A DNA stretch of 64,000 nt from Rhodospirillales bacterium (GCA_020638295.1 JACKIU010000002.1:505495-569494), one strand, 5' to 3'; numbered from the stretch's first letter, positions 1 to 12,148 are shown. Numbers and translations: made by a program. Notes: a model not told the origin generated them from the sequence alone.

Positions 1-164
1 CTTTATTTCGTTTTTTCTCGATATACGAGAAAAGGAACAATAAAGCGCAATAAAAGGATTCCCTATTATTCCAACTCCATTCAATTCGCCCGCAAAAGAA
101 GCCCCACAGCGCTTGGGCTATGAGGCTTCCTGTGTTGCGCACTATATTCAGGCGCTGTTCTTTT

Positions 165-1631
165 TTAGCTCTTGATATGCAGGTTGCTAAGTTCCTGAGC
201 GATGCTGCGGAAAACGCTAATCAACTCATCGGATGTCGTCACATGTTCGTGACGCCCGCCATTGGCTGCACAATCCTCATAGAGCTGCTCAGTTGCCGCG
301 TCAATACCGCCGGTATCAAACGTAATCGTATAGATTGTCACATTGTCTTCCGTATCCATATTCTGACACACATCCTCAAGACGATCATCCAGAACGCCGC
401 TGCTATTAACGCTGTGCGTACCGGAAACTCCGAAAGCAGAATACGGGCTACTATAGACGTTATCACCATCGGTCATCATAACGACCACCTTACGCCAGGC
501 ATTGTTATCCCAATCAACCCCTTCGGTAAACGGTGCCTCAGGGGACAATACACGCCAGCCCCAGACCATACCGATATTCCCATAAGTATTACCCCGGGCC
601 TCCATTTCGCCGATACGATCTTTCAACGCCGTCATATCTTCAGACAAAGGTAAAATGGACGCTTTCGGACATATATAGTTTGGAGCACGATAAACCGTTC
701 TGGCGCCATATTGATAATCCCAGTCCAGACAGCTCGAACCAGTTGAGTTATATTGGTCACCGTTACAAATATAGTTATTGTAATAGTTACACTGCGCACT
801 GCCGTCATTTTTATCCCGGCACCAGCGATACATATACCACGGCCCGCCAAAATCAGTCACATCCGTGCCGTCATCTTCTTCAATAACGCAGATATCCGTG
901 TCTGCATCATTGCTAAATGTCAACCCCAGAGGATTATTTAAAAACGCGGTTTCATAAAGAGCGCCGTCATCATCATATCCCAGCCCATACGGCCCGACAT
1001 TCACCGATGTCGCATACGGCACCAAGCCAACTTTAACATATTCGTTTTCAGCCCTAACGTAAGTCCCATAGCGATCCAGACAATCGCCTGTCGCATCAAC
1101 ATCATAGGTCCCGAAAAGAATTTCAACAAATTCACACGCCGCCGTGCGCAACTTGCCGATATTGTTGTTTGAACCCATCGAACCGGTATTATCCAGCACC
1201 AGAACAACTTCCAGCCCCTTAACTTCACGCTGCACAACCGTTTCCGCAGCAATATCTATTTCATCAATACCGATCACCCGCAAAAACGATGTCAGGTAAG
1301 TCGCAGAACCGGTCACCGTCACCAGATTCCCTTCAACCACCACCTGCGGCTCAAACGTCACTCCGATTTTTTCCGGCGGATAATTGACATCAAAAAAATC
1401 CCGCACCTTTTGCTCAATGGTCGCCGGATCGCTTGAAATCGCCGCCGCCGCCAACGCCGCCGCATCGATCGCCTGCGCCAGACGCTGCTGAACCAGATAC
1501 GCTTGCGAATAATCAATCGCCATCCCGACCGATCCGATCAGCATTGGCGCCATCAGAGCAAACAAAATGGCAATGGCCGCACGTGTCTCGCGGCAATAAC
1601 GCACAAAATTTGGAATATATGTCTTAAGCAT
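165..1631 (-). CDS. TadG-like Flp/Tad pilus-associated protein with von Willebrand factor A domain
   Basis: The N-terminal RETRAAIAILFALMAPMLIGSVGMAIDYS is a TadE/TadG-like hydrophobic segment. VVLVLDNTGSM fits the vWA MIDAS DxSxS motif. The ATG at 1631 has AAGGTGG 5 nt upstream, whereas the ORF-track start at 1640 is GTG. It is the last gene of a 3-gene minus-strand cluster. Confidence 0.75.
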   Translation of the reverse strand: MLKTYIPNFVRYCRETRAAIAILFALMAPMLIGSVGMAIDYSQAYLVQQRLAQAIDAAALAAAAISSDPATIEQKVRDFFDVNYPPEKIGVTFEPQVVVEGNLVTVTGSATYLTSFLRVIGIDEIDIAAETVVQREVKGLEVVLVLDNTGSMGSNNNIGKLRTAACEFVEILFGTYDVDATGDCLDRYGTYVRAENEYVKVGLVPYATSVNVGPYGLGYDDDGALYETAFLNNPLGLTFSNDADTDICVIEEDDGTDVTDFGGPWYMYRWCRDKNDGSAQCNYYNNYICNGDQYNSTGSSCLDWDYQYGARTVYRAPNYICPKASILPLSEDMTALKDRIGEMEARGNTYGNIGMVWGWRVLSPEAPFTEGVDWDNNAWRKVVVMMTDGDNVYSSPYSAFGVSGTHSVNSSGVLDDRLEDVCQNMDTEDNVTIYTITFDTGGIDAATEQLYEDCAANGGRHEHVTTSDELISVFRSIAQELSNLHIKS

Positions 1632-1675
1632 AACGACCACCTTGGTTTTTAATTTAGCCTAAAAAAGCCTTGTTA

Positions 1676-2200
1676 TTATTCTCTTTCAATCACCGCGCCC
1701 TGACGCCCGCGCGCAAACGCAATTTCCTGCATGGCGATATCGTGAATAACGAAACCGCCAAAGAGCGGTTCAAAATCATAATTCACCGCTACAACCAAAA
1801 CGCCTTCACCGGCCTGCGCCAGATCCGCAACCCGCGTTTCCACATCGGCCAACGGTGTCATGTTGCGCGTTTCACGCCATTCAATCACCGGATTGGCATC
1901 ATCATCAAAGCGCAGACTCACTACATCTATGCCATAAGATGTTGTGTCAAACGGGTCCAGAGCCAACTCACTGGCATCAATCGCATCATAAATCATCTCC
2001 ATATCGACAACCGAACTGCGTGCAATCAAATCCGCCGCCACCTGAGAGGCCCGGATTGTTTTCTGGTTTGCCAAAATCCCGTTACCCAGATCAAACATCC
2101 CCAGCAACAGCACCAGCATAATCGGAAAAACCAGTGCAGCCTCAACAGCAGCCACACCGTCTTCAGATTTAAACCAGTCTTTGAATAATTTTACGATCAT
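1676..2200 (-). CDS. TadE-like protein
   Basis: EDGVAAVEAALVFPIMLVLLLGMFDLG is a TadE-like N-terminal motif. Its start forms an ATGA overlap with the stop of the upstream ORF. Confidence 0.7.
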   Translation of the reverse strand: MIVKLFKDWFKSEDGVAAVEAALVFPIMLVLLLGMFDLGNGILANQKTIRASQVAADLIARSSVVDMEMIYDAIDASELALDPFDTTSYGIDVVSLRFDDDANPVIEWRETRNMTPLADVETRVADLAQAGEGVLVVAVNYDFEPLFGGFVIHDIAMQEIAFARGRQGAVIERE

Positions 2201-2730
2201 GCGCCTGCTCCTGCAAAATCATAAGGCTCAACCTGCAAAACGATGGTCGACATAAACAAACGTGAATTATCCGATCCGGCAAGCAGCGGACCGACAAACG
2301 GCGTCATCATTTGATAACGGTATGCGACGCGAATAAGAATACGGTCATCAGAACCGCCAGCATCAAATCCCTGACTCACCAGATTTCCGTCAGCATCATA
2401 TTGCGGTGGATAAGAGGCCGCATCGCCAAAACTGGTCAGGGTAATCGATTCAACCATCACATCGTTACAATCGATCAAAACGGTCGCATAATTACACAAA
2501 CCCTCCCGAAATGCGGACTCTGGATCGATGCCGGATTGCTGTAATTCACCGGTGCGAATCATCCGCGCTGCAGAACTTGTTGCCCCCTCAAGCAAGCTGG
2601 CAGAGGCATACATAATCGCGATTTCAAGAATAGCCAAGGTTAGCATCAAATACGGAACAGCCAGCAGACTAAACTCGATCGCCGTCGTACCTTCATCATT
2701 TTTTATGAATTTTTTCAAAAAGTTACCCAA
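2197..2730 (-). CDS. TadE-like protein
   Basis: DEGTTAIEFSLLAVPYLMLTLAILEIAIMY is a TadE-like motif. The ORF-track start is TTG, so the start is uncertain. Confidence 0.65.
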   Translation of the reverse strand: MGNFLKKFIKNDEGTTAIEFSLLAVPYLMLTLAILEIAIMYASASLLEGATSSAARMIRTGELQQSGIDPESAFREGLCNYATVLIDCNDVMVESITLTSFGDAASYPPQYDADGNLVSQGFDAGGSDDRILIRVAYRYQMMTPFVGPLLAGSDNSRLFMSTIVLQVEPYDFAGAGA

Positions 2731-2782
2731 CTTTACCCCAATATATTTTATTTAAATTAAATTGGTTCTAAATTCCGGGCAT

Positions 2783-2807
2783 AAAAAAAGCGTCCGATGC
2801 ACGCTCC
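2783..2807 (-). terminator. Candidate intrinsic terminator after the kinase-like/membrane-protein operon
   Basis: Read on the minus strand it is AGCGT-gcatcgg-ACGCT followed by TTTTTTT. The stem is short (5 bp). Confidence 0.45.
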
Positions 2808-2879
2808 TCTAACCCCATAACCCTAACTCTCCCAGTATGCGCCTAAGAGATAAATATTTGCTTAAGCTTATATGGGATT

Positions 2880-3410
2880 TTAACTATCTTCAGAGGCCGC
2901 TGAAACAACATCAGTATCGTCCAACGGAAACCCTTCATGGTCCAAAGCAATCCGTCCGCTCACCTCTTCCCCCCAGCGTTCAATCAATTCTTTCTGACGT
3001 TTTTCAATCGCATGAATTCTCGACACCCCGCGCTGATACAAAAACCGCGACACAAACGCAGTCACCGCCCAGTCAACCAGATACCCCACCCCGGCCGCCG
3101 AATAAATCACAATAATCGCCATCGGATCGATAATAATCGACAAGGCCTTGGCCATCGACATTTCGCTTGTCCACAACTCCATAATAAACGGCATACAACC
3201 GGCAACATTCATCGCGCCAACCGTTACAGCCTTAATTTTCTTTTTATTTTGATCGACAAAAAACACCACAAAAGTCGGCAGCAAACCGATAAAAAGAATA
3301 ACCGCGACAGGCAAAAACACCGCTGACATCACAATCAACAGGATCAAAAACAAATTCACCCATAAAGAAACTTTACGCTTTTGTTTTTTCTTGGCAGTTT
3401 TTTTCGCCAT
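2880..3410 (-). CDS. Hypothetical polytopic membrane protein
   Basis: It has a Lys-rich N-terminus (AKKTAKKKQKRK) followed by 3-4 hydrophobic helices. The ATG is preceded by AAAGGGGA. It starts 12 nt after the kinase-like ORF on the same strand. I recognise no family. Confidence 0.55.
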   Translation of the reverse strand: MAKKTAKKKQKRKVSLWVNLFLILLIVMSAVFLPVAVILFIGLLPTFVVFFVDQNKKKIKAVTVGAMNVAGCMPFIMELWTSEMSMAKALSIIIDPMAIIVIYSAAGVGYLVDWAVTAFVSRFLYQRGVSRIHAIEKRQKELIERWGEEVSGRIALDHEGFPLDDTDVVSAASEDS

Positions 3411-3422
3411 GCCTTATCCCCT

Positions 3423-5543
3423 TTAAAACAGCGCCTTATCAGAGAAAAACACAAAGGCCGTCCCCATAATAACGATAAACGACAACACGCAGGAAATAAT
3501 CGCCGCCACCTCACGCCCCGTTTCAATGCCAAACAAGCCCTGCTTGTCCAAACGAAACTCAAGATTCTGACGCTCGGACTCAATTTTCAAAAATTCCTGC
3601 ATCGCTTTGCGGAAAGAGGCAAAGTCCTTTTTCGTGACATCGGCGTTTTCAAAAATATTGGCAATCTTTTTCAAATCCCCCGTCGACTGGAATTCCGCAA
3701 CCGCCTCTCTCATTTTTTCCTGAACTAATCGGTCATGATAACGCTTTACAACCGCCTGTAAGCGCGGAGCCATAACCTTCGCCAAAGCTGGCATATCACC
3801 CATACTATAACGCTTTTGAATCGCAGCCAGACACTTGAGATTGGCCGCAACAATGCGGTGATTTTCATGCGAATTAAGATCGTAAAGATACGGTTCAATA
3901 ACCTTTTGCTCTTTCTCGTATAAAAACGCCACCGCATGACGATCCAAAAACGCCGTTGGGGCCTTTCCCTTTTTGCACAAATCCTCATAGGCCAACAGCA
4001 ATTCTTCCGGACCCGTAACATAATACTCATCAACAATTTCGCTCAGACACGGACATTCCGGGCTCAAAAGATAAACAGCACGTTCAATACCATCGCCATA
4101 CTTATTCGTCTTCAGATAACGCCGACATTTTTCAAATTTTGAAAACAACCCCGTGACATCGACAACATTCGAACTTTGTACCGTCAGCCAGTTAAGAACC
4201 AACAAATTCCTGAAAATCTCGATAAATGCGCCAACCGGCTGCTTAAGAACCATTGCCTCGGCAATCGCATTCCCGATTCCATCCCCCAAAAGACGCAAAC
4301 TCCGAAAACGTAACGGCGCTTCGGGATCCAGCGCTATTGAAACATTCCCGGCCAGACAGGCCTCATGCCCTGTCCCGCTGGATTGTTGACGCGCATCGAC
4401 AAGCGCCTTTTGAAAGCGTTCTGAAACCTCTTCATCCTCCAAAGAACGCTCAATCCAGTTCAACAGACTGTCATCCTCAATCGCTTTTTTGGTCTCCTTG
4501 ACACGTCCCTCAATATCCATCGCCATCAAGGAGGCAATAAAATATTTTTCTCCGCCCAGATCAAACGGTCGCGGAGCCTTTTTCGCCGTCACAGACTGTT
4601 TTGGACTCAAACGCCGACCATCCAGCCATTCATACACCTCATCAATCGTCCAACGCTGGGAAAGATCGTCATGCAAAAGGCCGCGCAACAACTCCAGGAT
4701 TTCACCCTTAAACCGGTCCTTACCGGTAATCGCCGCATAGCTTCCATACAAAACCTTACGCTTAACGATCTCGTCATCGCTGAGCCCCGCCAAGGGATCG
4801 CTGTGACGCATCATAACCGCAATCGAAACCCCCAATGCGTAAAGATCGGTCGCAATCGTTCCTTTCCCCCGCGCATTCGGATCGGCCATTCCTCTGGCAA
4901 TCGGCTCATATAAAACCGGCTGTGTCGAAGACGCAGGTGCGGATAAACAATCACCCAAAATAATCCTTGAGGGCTTACCGTGCGCCCCGCCGTCAAACAT
5001 ATTGCCGGGGCGAATAGCCCCATGCACAAAGTCCTTATCCCTGAAATCCCGTAAAATTCCGGCAATCGGCCCGACAATAGCAGGCAGAACATCATCCTGC
5101 TTCCAGCCCAATGCCGCAGGCTCTCCCGGCTTCAACAACGGCCGCCCCCAATTGTCGTAATAAATAAAAACATAAACCTCGCGCTTGGCCGGTGGCCAGT
5201 AGACCACCCCATGCACAACCAGTTTCGCCAAAGACTTATCGTGTAAATTTGAATAAATGCTGGCGACACCCCGCCGCGGCACCATATAACGCTCACAGAC
5301 AATCGCAATCAACGGCGTCTTGTTCGAATCTTTGGAATAAGCACGATAGGCTTTATTCAGCCCGGCATTATAAACTGGCAGGGGTGCCCCGCACTGAATC
5401 TCAACCTGTCCGCGAAAATCGGCAACATCCCCATTAATCTTTTCCGCAGTCTGGCCTTCAACACCGCCACCGACCTCCCCCACACCAGCGGAAGCCGTTG
5501 GAATCTTTTTGCCTTCATCTTTCGGAGAGTCCGATTCACCCAT
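3423..5543 (-). CDS. Protein-kinase-fold protein, predicted catalytically inactive, with C-terminal TM anchor
   Basis: Hanks-type landmarks are recognisable but degenerate. They are LIAIV (VAIK Lys to Val), FVHGAIRPGNMF (HRDxKPxN with Asp to Ala), ILGDCLS (DFG to DCL), YEP...TDLYALGVSIAVMM (APE/subdomain IX) and SQRW (subdomain XI Arg). The C-terminal AAIISCVLSFIVIMGTAFVFF is a TM helix. Confidence 0.65.
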   Translation of the reverse strand: MGESDSPKDEGKKIPTASAGVGEVGGGVEGQTAEKINGDVADFRGQVEIQCGAPLPVYNAGLNKAYRAYSKDSNKTPLIAIVCERYMVPRRGVASIYSNLHDKSLAKLVVHGVVYWPPAKREVYVFIYYDNWGRPLLKPGEPAALGWKQDDVLPAIVGPIAGILRDFRDKDFVHGAIRPGNMFDGGAHGKPSRIILGDCLSAPASSTQPVLYEPIARGMADPNARGKGTIATDLYALGVSIAVMMRHSDPLAGLSDDEIVKRKVLYGSYAAITGKDRFKGEILELLRGLLHDDLSQRWTIDEVYEWLDGRRLSPKQSVTAKKAPRPFDLGGEKYFIASLMAMDIEGRVKETKKAIEDDSLLNWIERSLEDEEVSERFQKALVDARQQSSGTGHEACLAGNVSIALDPEAPLRFRSLRLLGDGIGNAIAEAMVLKQPVGAFIEIFRNLLVLNWLTVQSSNVVDVTGLFSKFEKCRRYLKTNKYGDGIERAVYLLSPECPCLSEIVDEYYVTGPEELLLAYEDLCKKGKAPTAFLDRHAVAFLYEKEQKVIEPYLYDLNSHENHRIVAANLKCLAAIQKRYSMGDMPALAKVMAPRLQAVVKRYHDRLVQEKMREAVAEFQSTGDLKKIANIFENADVTKKDFASFRKAMQEFLKIESERQNLEFRLDKQGLFGIETGREVAAIISCVLSFIVIMGTAFVFFSDKALF

Positions 5544-5668
5544 AAAAAACTCTTTGGATTACCAATGAAACACGCACGAAAAAGTGCATTAAAGACAGAC
5601 GAAAACATGCCTAAATTCTTTAGACACAACCCGCAGTGTAATATTGTTCGAACAAAAAGTAAAACGCT

Positions 5669-7068
<1,400 letters not shown>

Positions 7069-7069
7069 G

Positions 7070-8083
7070 TTATGACTGACGAACGACTATAAACCCATCA
7101 TCTTGTAATTTCTTAATCTCCGCCCAATCCGTATCACACGAAACGAGCTTCACCTCTGCACCGCTCTGCACCTTCAACCCTTGGCGCAACGTATCCATAT
7201 AGAGCGTAAACCCGGCAGCACTTTCCTTCGCCTGCTCACCCTCATAAATATCATAACGCCCGCCGCGTCCCAGCTCACCGCGCTGGCCTTCGGCAAACAA
7301 TGCAAATGCCAAATCGTTTTTATATTCGAACCCCTTGGTTTCCAGCGGGTCAATCGTCACTCTAACTCCGCCAAGCCCCAGCGCCGCCAGCGCGCTATTC
7401 AATCCATCGACCACGCCTTTGAGCCGCGCAACGCACAGCTTTGAGTCTGCGCCCAGTTGAATGTCATCCAGCGCCGCAAACGCTTTATCCGCACCGCCCG
7501 CCAAACGGTGACGCAGACCGTCAATTCCGCGTTCATCCTGCCTCGTCGCCGCGAAAATATCCTCAATAATCCCCGGCACCGCAAAATCAATCGTCACATT
7601 CTCAATACCCAGCGCCGCCAGCCCTTTGAGCGCCACCACACAAATCTCAACATCGCTGTCGACATCATCCCGGCCGATCATCTCACAGCCCACCTGCGTA
7701 AACTGACGCTGCGTGCGCGCCTGCGATCCCTTCGTGCGGATCACATCATTCGCATAGGTCAAGCGCAACGGGCGAGGCTCGTCACCCAGCCGCGTCAGCG
7801 CAATCCGCGCGATCTGCGCCGTAATATCGCTGCGCAGCCCCATCATTCGATGCGTTACAGGATCCATCACCCGGAATGTTTCAGACGCCAGCGCCGCCCC
7901 CGGCCCTGGAGCCAGAAGGCTTTCCTCAAACTCAGCTATCGGCGGCTTCACCCGCGCATAGCCAAAACTGCGAAACACAGCCATTAGGCGCGCAATCGCA
8001 TCATATTCCACCTCCGCCTGCGGGGGGAGCAAATCCTCAAACCCACTGGGCAAAAGCGCATTATTTTGGGAAGCTGAATTCAT
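7070..8083 (-). CDS. hisZ: ATP phosphoribosyltransferase regulatory subunit
   Basis: It has a HisS-like catalytic core without an anticodon-binding domain (337 aa). The N-terminus LLPSGFEDLLPPQAEVEYDAIARLMAVFRSFGYARVKPP is typical of HisZ. Confidence 0.8.
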   Translation of the reverse strand: MNSASQNNALLPSGFEDLLPPQAEVEYDAIARLMAVFRSFGYARVKPPIAEFEESLLAPGPGAALASETFRVMDPVTHRMMGLRSDITAQIARIALTRLGDEPRPLRLTYANDVIRTKGSQARTQRQFTQVGCEMIGRDDVDSDVEICVVALKGLAALGIENVTIDFAVPGIIEDIFAATRQDERGIDGLRHRLAGGADKAFAALDDIQLGADSKLCVARLKGVVDGLNSALAALGLGGVRVTIDPLETKGFEYKNDLAFALFAEGQRGELGRGGRYDIYEGEQAKESAAGFTLYMDTLRQGLKVQSGAEVKLVSCDTDWAEIKKLQDDGFIVVRQS

Positions 8084-8181
8084 GCGTTATCGATACGGCG
8101 CAAAGCCCTAAAAGTCAATAGATTGAATATTTTAAGCTCATAATTATTGACGAAATAGCATATGAACGTAACATAAGAATC

Positions 8182-8940
8182 ATGACAACAACCCGCACCC
8201 TGGTCATAGGATTTATTTCAGCCAGTCTTATATGCATTCCAATCTACCAATGGATTATGCATCAAAACTTTTCCATTTTTCCTCTAGGGTGGGCCGCATC
8301 AGGTTTAACCTACATGGCTGTATTCTTTCACGAAATTGGCCATACACTCGCCGCTTGGTATTACGGATATCTGACACTGCCAATGTTCGATTTCCAACAC
8401 GGCGGCGGCTTTGCATATTCCATAACAGACAAAACCCTGCTTATTCTTATCTGTATTTGGGGAGGAATACTATATGGAATTTACATTCTACGGCATCACA
8501 AAATAATCGCATTGAACCTCATATGCTTACTCCTTTTCAATATCGCAACCTTTCAAAATGAAAATTGGCGCAGCAGTGTCATAGACTTTATGGGACCTGC
8601 TTTTGAATCCCTCATCGCCGCCTTTCTACTTTTTCGCGCCCTTTTTAATCTCGCACCGCGCAGAAATTTTGAACGTGTCCTGAACGCAATCTTTGGCTTT
8701 GGCCTGATTTTCAGAATTTTTATCGACTCATATGGACTGATAAACAATCAAATCCATCGCCTGATCTACTACACTCAAAAAGGAAGCCACGGCTTCGGTG
8801 ACTTTGACAAAATTGCAGACCGGTTTCACATGCTAACATTCGAAACAGTAGTCTATGCTTGGACAGGTTTGACACTTTTATGCCTGATCACGCCTTTTAT
8901 ACTCAAAATATACGTAAAGGATGCAGAAGATCTTCTTTAA
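8182..8940 (+). CDS. Polytopic membrane protein with HExxH motif (possible M50-like metalloprotease)
   Basis: [12 protein letters not shown] lies inside a hydrophobic segment and there are at least 6 predicted TM helices. The gene is visibly more AT-rich than its neighbours. Confidence 0.5.
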   Translation: MTTTRTLVIGFISASLICIPIYQWIMHQNFSIFPLGWAASGLTYMAVFFHEIGHTLAAWYYGYLTLPMFDFQHGGGFAYSITDKTLLILICIWGGILYGIYILRHHKIIALNLICLLLFNIATFQNENWRSSVIDFMGPAFESLIAAFLLFRALFNLAPRRNFERVLNAIFGFGLIFRIFIDSYGLINNQIHRLIYYTQKGSHGFGDFDKIADRFHMLTFETVVYAWTGLTLLCLITPFILKIYVKDAEDLL

Positions 8941-10292
8941 CCCGCCGCTTTCTCAATCACCGCGCACAGATCATTGACCACGCCTTCAACCTTGCCCGGG
9001 TCATCCCCTTCCGCCATCACACGGATCAGGCTTTCCGTCCCGCTGGCCCGCACCAGAACGCGCCCCTCATTGACCAGCGAGCTTTCCGCCTGTTCTATCG
9101 CGGCCTTGACCTCATCCGCATCCAGCGGCTTGCCGTCTTTAAACTCGACATTGCGCAAAATCTGCGGCAGCGGCGCGAACAAATGCAGCGCCTCACTCGC
9201 CGTCTTTCCACTCTCTTTCAGAAATGCACAAATCTTGATCGCCGCCTGCAGCCCATCCCCAGTCGTATTCAAATCCGACAAAATCAAATGCCCGGACTGT
9301 TCCCCGCCCAGATTAAAGCCTTCCGCCCGCATCGTCTCGGACACGTACCGATCCCCGACCGCCGTGCGGATCAAACCAATCCCGCGCGCTTTCAAAAACC
9401 GCTCCAGCCCCAGATTAGACATCACAGTGGCCACCAGCGTATCACCTTGTAAATCGCCAGCCTCCTGCATCGAAACCGCCAGCGCCGCCATCAACTGATC
9501 ACCATCAATCTTCGCGCCCGTCTCATCAACCATAATCAACCGGTCCGCATCCCCGTCCAGCGCTAGTCCCAGATCCGCGCCGTGCTCAACAACGGCGACC
9601 TGCAACTTCTCCGTCGCCGTCGCGCCATAGCCGTCATTAATATTGCGCCCGTTGGGGTCATCACCGATCGACACGACCTCGGCCTCCAACTCCCACAAAA
9701 CTTGCGGCGCCACTTTGTACGCCGCGCCGTTCGCACAATCCACAACGACCTTCAACCCCTCCAGCGTCGTCCCGCGCGGCAAAGCCCGCTTCACGCTCTC
9801 CGCATAGCGCCCGATCGCATCATCCAGCCTTGCGGCTTTCCCCAGATCGCCAGGCAAAGCCAGATGCGCGCCAAGATCCTCCTCCAGCGCCGCTTCGATC
9901 TCCAACTCAATGTCATCGTCCAGCTTATACCCGTCCGGACCAAACAGCTTGATCCCATTATCTTCGAAAGAATTATGGCTGGCCGAAATCATCACCCCGA
10001 CATCGGCGCGCAAAGAGCGCGTCAACATCGCAATTCCCGGCGTCGGCACCGGACCCGTAAGGATGACATTCATCCCCATCGATAAAAACCCGGCCGTCAT
10101 CGCCTGTTCCAGCATATAACACGACAACCGCGTATCCTTACCGATCACAACCCGGTCCGTCGGCTGCCCGCCGTGACGTTCGCGCAACACCTTTGCTGTT
10201 GCCATCGCCACCCGCTGCACCATGCCCGGCGTCATCGGGTAAACATTGGCCCGCCCGCGAATTCCATCTGTTCCGAAATATTTCCGTGTCAT
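8937..10292 (-). CDS. glmM: Phosphoglucosamine mutase
   Basis: The N-terminus is [29 protein letters not shown] is the active-site Ser loop. The ATG at 10292 was chosen over the longer ORF-track start. Confidence 0.95.
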   Translation of the reverse strand: MTRKYFGTDGIRGRANVYPMTPGMVQRVAMATAKVLRERHGGQPTDRVVIGKDTRLSCYMLEQAMTAGFLSMGMNVILTGPVPTPGIAMLTRSLRADVGVMISASHNSFEDNGIKLFGPDGYKLDDDIELEIEAALEEDLGAHLALPGDLGKAARLDDAIGRYAESVKRALPRGTTLEGLKVVVDCANGAAYKVAPQVLWELEAEVVSIGDDPNGRNINDGYGATATEKLQVAVVEHGADLGLALDGDADRLIMVDETGAKIDGDQLMAALAVSMQEAGDLQGDTLVATVMSNLGLERFLKARGIGLIRTAVGDRYVSETMRAEGFNLGGEQSGHLILSDLNTTGDGLQAAIKICAFLKESGKTASEALHLFAPLPQILRNVEFKDGKPLDADEVKAAIEQAESSLVNEGRVLVRASGTESLIRVMAEGDDPGKVEGVVNDLCAVIEKAAG

Positions 10293-10468
10293 GTCTTCGT
10301 TGTACTGGCAAATACGGAGGATAACAAGCGCGGAATTCGCAGACACGCTCACACAAACCCATCGCGCGCACAAACAACCAACACATTTTTATACATAAAA
10401 CATACTTTTTTGTTGCCATATATTTCAAAAAACGTTACCAGTAGGCAATAAACAAAATAAAAGACATA

Positions 10469-11425
10469 ATGAAACCGCAAACAACGACGGTACAATTCTG
10501 CGAAGTCAGCGACCCCGGCCCTCCGAAAACAGATCTCGGAGACGTTGCCTTGCGCGAAAACGATCCCGTTTATCGCCTGCACCGGGGAAACAGCCCTCTC
10601 ATACTCTCCGCGCCGCATACGGGATGGAAGGTCCCCGAACACATGATCGATCGGGATGGCTCCCCGCTGGGCGCGCCCGCATGGTGGTTCGACCCGAAGC
10701 TCCCGCAGCACCGCCACGAGGTCTGCGACTGGGGAACCGCAGAACTGGTCGAACGCATCAACCGGTTGATACCGCACATCTCCTCCATCAGCTCGAACGT
10801 CTCGCGTCTGGTCGTGGAAAAAAACCGCAAATGGGAATATGCCATAACCCCGGAGTCTTCAGAATACGGCCCCAAAATCTGTATCCCCGGCAACCACAAT
10901 ATTTCCACAAAACAGCTTAGCGAACGCAAAGCAATCTACGATGCTTACACTGCCGCCGAAAATGATTTGATTTCTGACATCAAACACGCCCATAACGGCG
11001 CAGCAAACATAGCGCTACACAGCTTCGCACCTGAATGGCACGGTCATGGCCGTGATTATGAAATCGGCATCACCTATTTTGAAGACACGACATTATCGGA
11101 ATTAATCGAACACGCCTTGATCGAAAGAATGGGCCGCCGTGCCGCCTCACAGTACCCGTACAATCTGAAAAACGGACAATTCAGCGACAAAATCGCCGCG
11201 CCAAGCCTCAGCCAAAAACACGACGCGCCCTTCGTCATGATCGAAATCCGCAACGACCTGCTTCAAGACCTGCAGCGTCTGGAAGAAACAGCCGAACTCC
11301 TGAGCGACATCATTCACAACATCCAGCAAAACCCGGAATACGAACAATGCCTGTCCAGAAACCCCGCCTCAAAGAGCCGGGAAACCGCCCTCTCCCCGGC
11401 CATACCGGCATACGGCGTGGCATAA
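10469..11425 (+). CDS. N-formylglutamate amidohydrolase family protein
   Basis: The motif pattern LILSAPHTG ... SRLVVEKNR ... IPGN ... ALHSFAPEW matches the FGase family layout. Confidence 0.6.
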   Translation: MKPQTTTVQFCEVSDPGPPKTDLGDVALRENDPVYRLHRGNSPLILSAPHTGWKVPEHMIDRDGSPLGAPAWWFDPKLPQHRHEVCDWGTAELVERINRLIPHISSISSNVSRLVVEKNRKWEYAITPESSEYGPKICIPGNHNISTKQLSERKAIYDAYTAAENDLISDIKHAHNGAANIALHSFAPEWHGHGRDYEIGITYFEDTTLSELIEHALIERMGRRAASQYPYNLKNGQFSDKIAAPSLSQKHDAPFVMIEIRNDLLQDLQRLEETAELLSDIIHNIQQNPEYEQCLSRNPASKSRETALSPAIPAYGVA

Positions 11426-11434
11426 ACCGCCAAG

Positions 11435-11698
11435 CTATTCTTCGTCCGGCGTATCGCCCGGCTCTTCAGCCTTCCCGGCTTTGCAAGATCCGTCACCACA
11501 ACACGTATTCATACCCATCAACGTATAGGCCGGACAATAGCTGAAAAAGCTGGTCACCGCCATAACGATCGCCAGCAAAAGCAGCACACCGCCGACAACT
11601 CCGGAAATAAAGAAGCTGGCCAGAAACAGCACAACAGCCCCAAAAATCCGGGCTTTTTTATCCTTGTCACCAATATTTTTTTCAAATTTAATCATCAT
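11435..11698 (-). CDS. DUF2892 (YgaP-like) small membrane protein
   Basis: It has two TM helices followed by SYCPAYTLMGMNTC, a characteristic C-terminal motif. Confidence 0.7.
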   Translation of the reverse strand: MMIKFEKNIGDKDKKARIFGAVVLFLASFFISGVVGGVLLLLAIVMAVTSFFSYCPAYTLMGMNTCCGDGSCKAGKAEEPGDTPDEE

Positions 11699-11722
11699 TT
11701 CTCTCCTAAATATCTATGAATT

Positions 11723-12145
11723 TCACTTATTGATCGTATCACCCCTGTACACAGCACCTTTAATAATACTCACGCCGGCATTGACGACAGCTGTCGAAAT
11801 ACCGACACAAACAGAAAAGGCAATCCCACCCAGAAAGATAAAAACAACGGTTTTAATTTCCTCAGACATTTTCACACTGAAATCCATATCACTGGGACCT
11901 TGCGGCGTTTGCACGGTAAGCGACCCTTCAATCACAGGATTAGGACGCTGAATAAGCTCCAGAACATATTGCACAACACGAATCTGCCCAGGCTCGTTAA
12001 AAACCTGATAAGTCATGTAAGAAAAATAAAGCAGCAAAGCCACACCCGCAAGCGTAATAAAAACACCAAGTCCGATAAGCGCCTTCCGGAAAGGAAGCAA
12101 CATCTCCTCCGGATCAGCATGCACGCGGGAATCTAAATCCAACAT
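11723..12145 (-). CDS. Hypothetical membrane protein
   Basis: It has two hydrophobic helices flanking a soluble loop and starts with ATG. No family is recognised. Confidence 0.45.
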   Translation of the reverse strand: MLDLDSRVHADPEEMLLPFRKALIGLGVFITLAGVALLLYFSYMTYQVFNEPGQIRVVQYVLELIQRPNPVIEGSLTVQTPQGPSDMDFSVKMSEEIKTVVFIFLGGIAFSVCVGISTAVVNAGVSIIKGAVYRGDTINK

Positions 12146-12148
12146 ATC

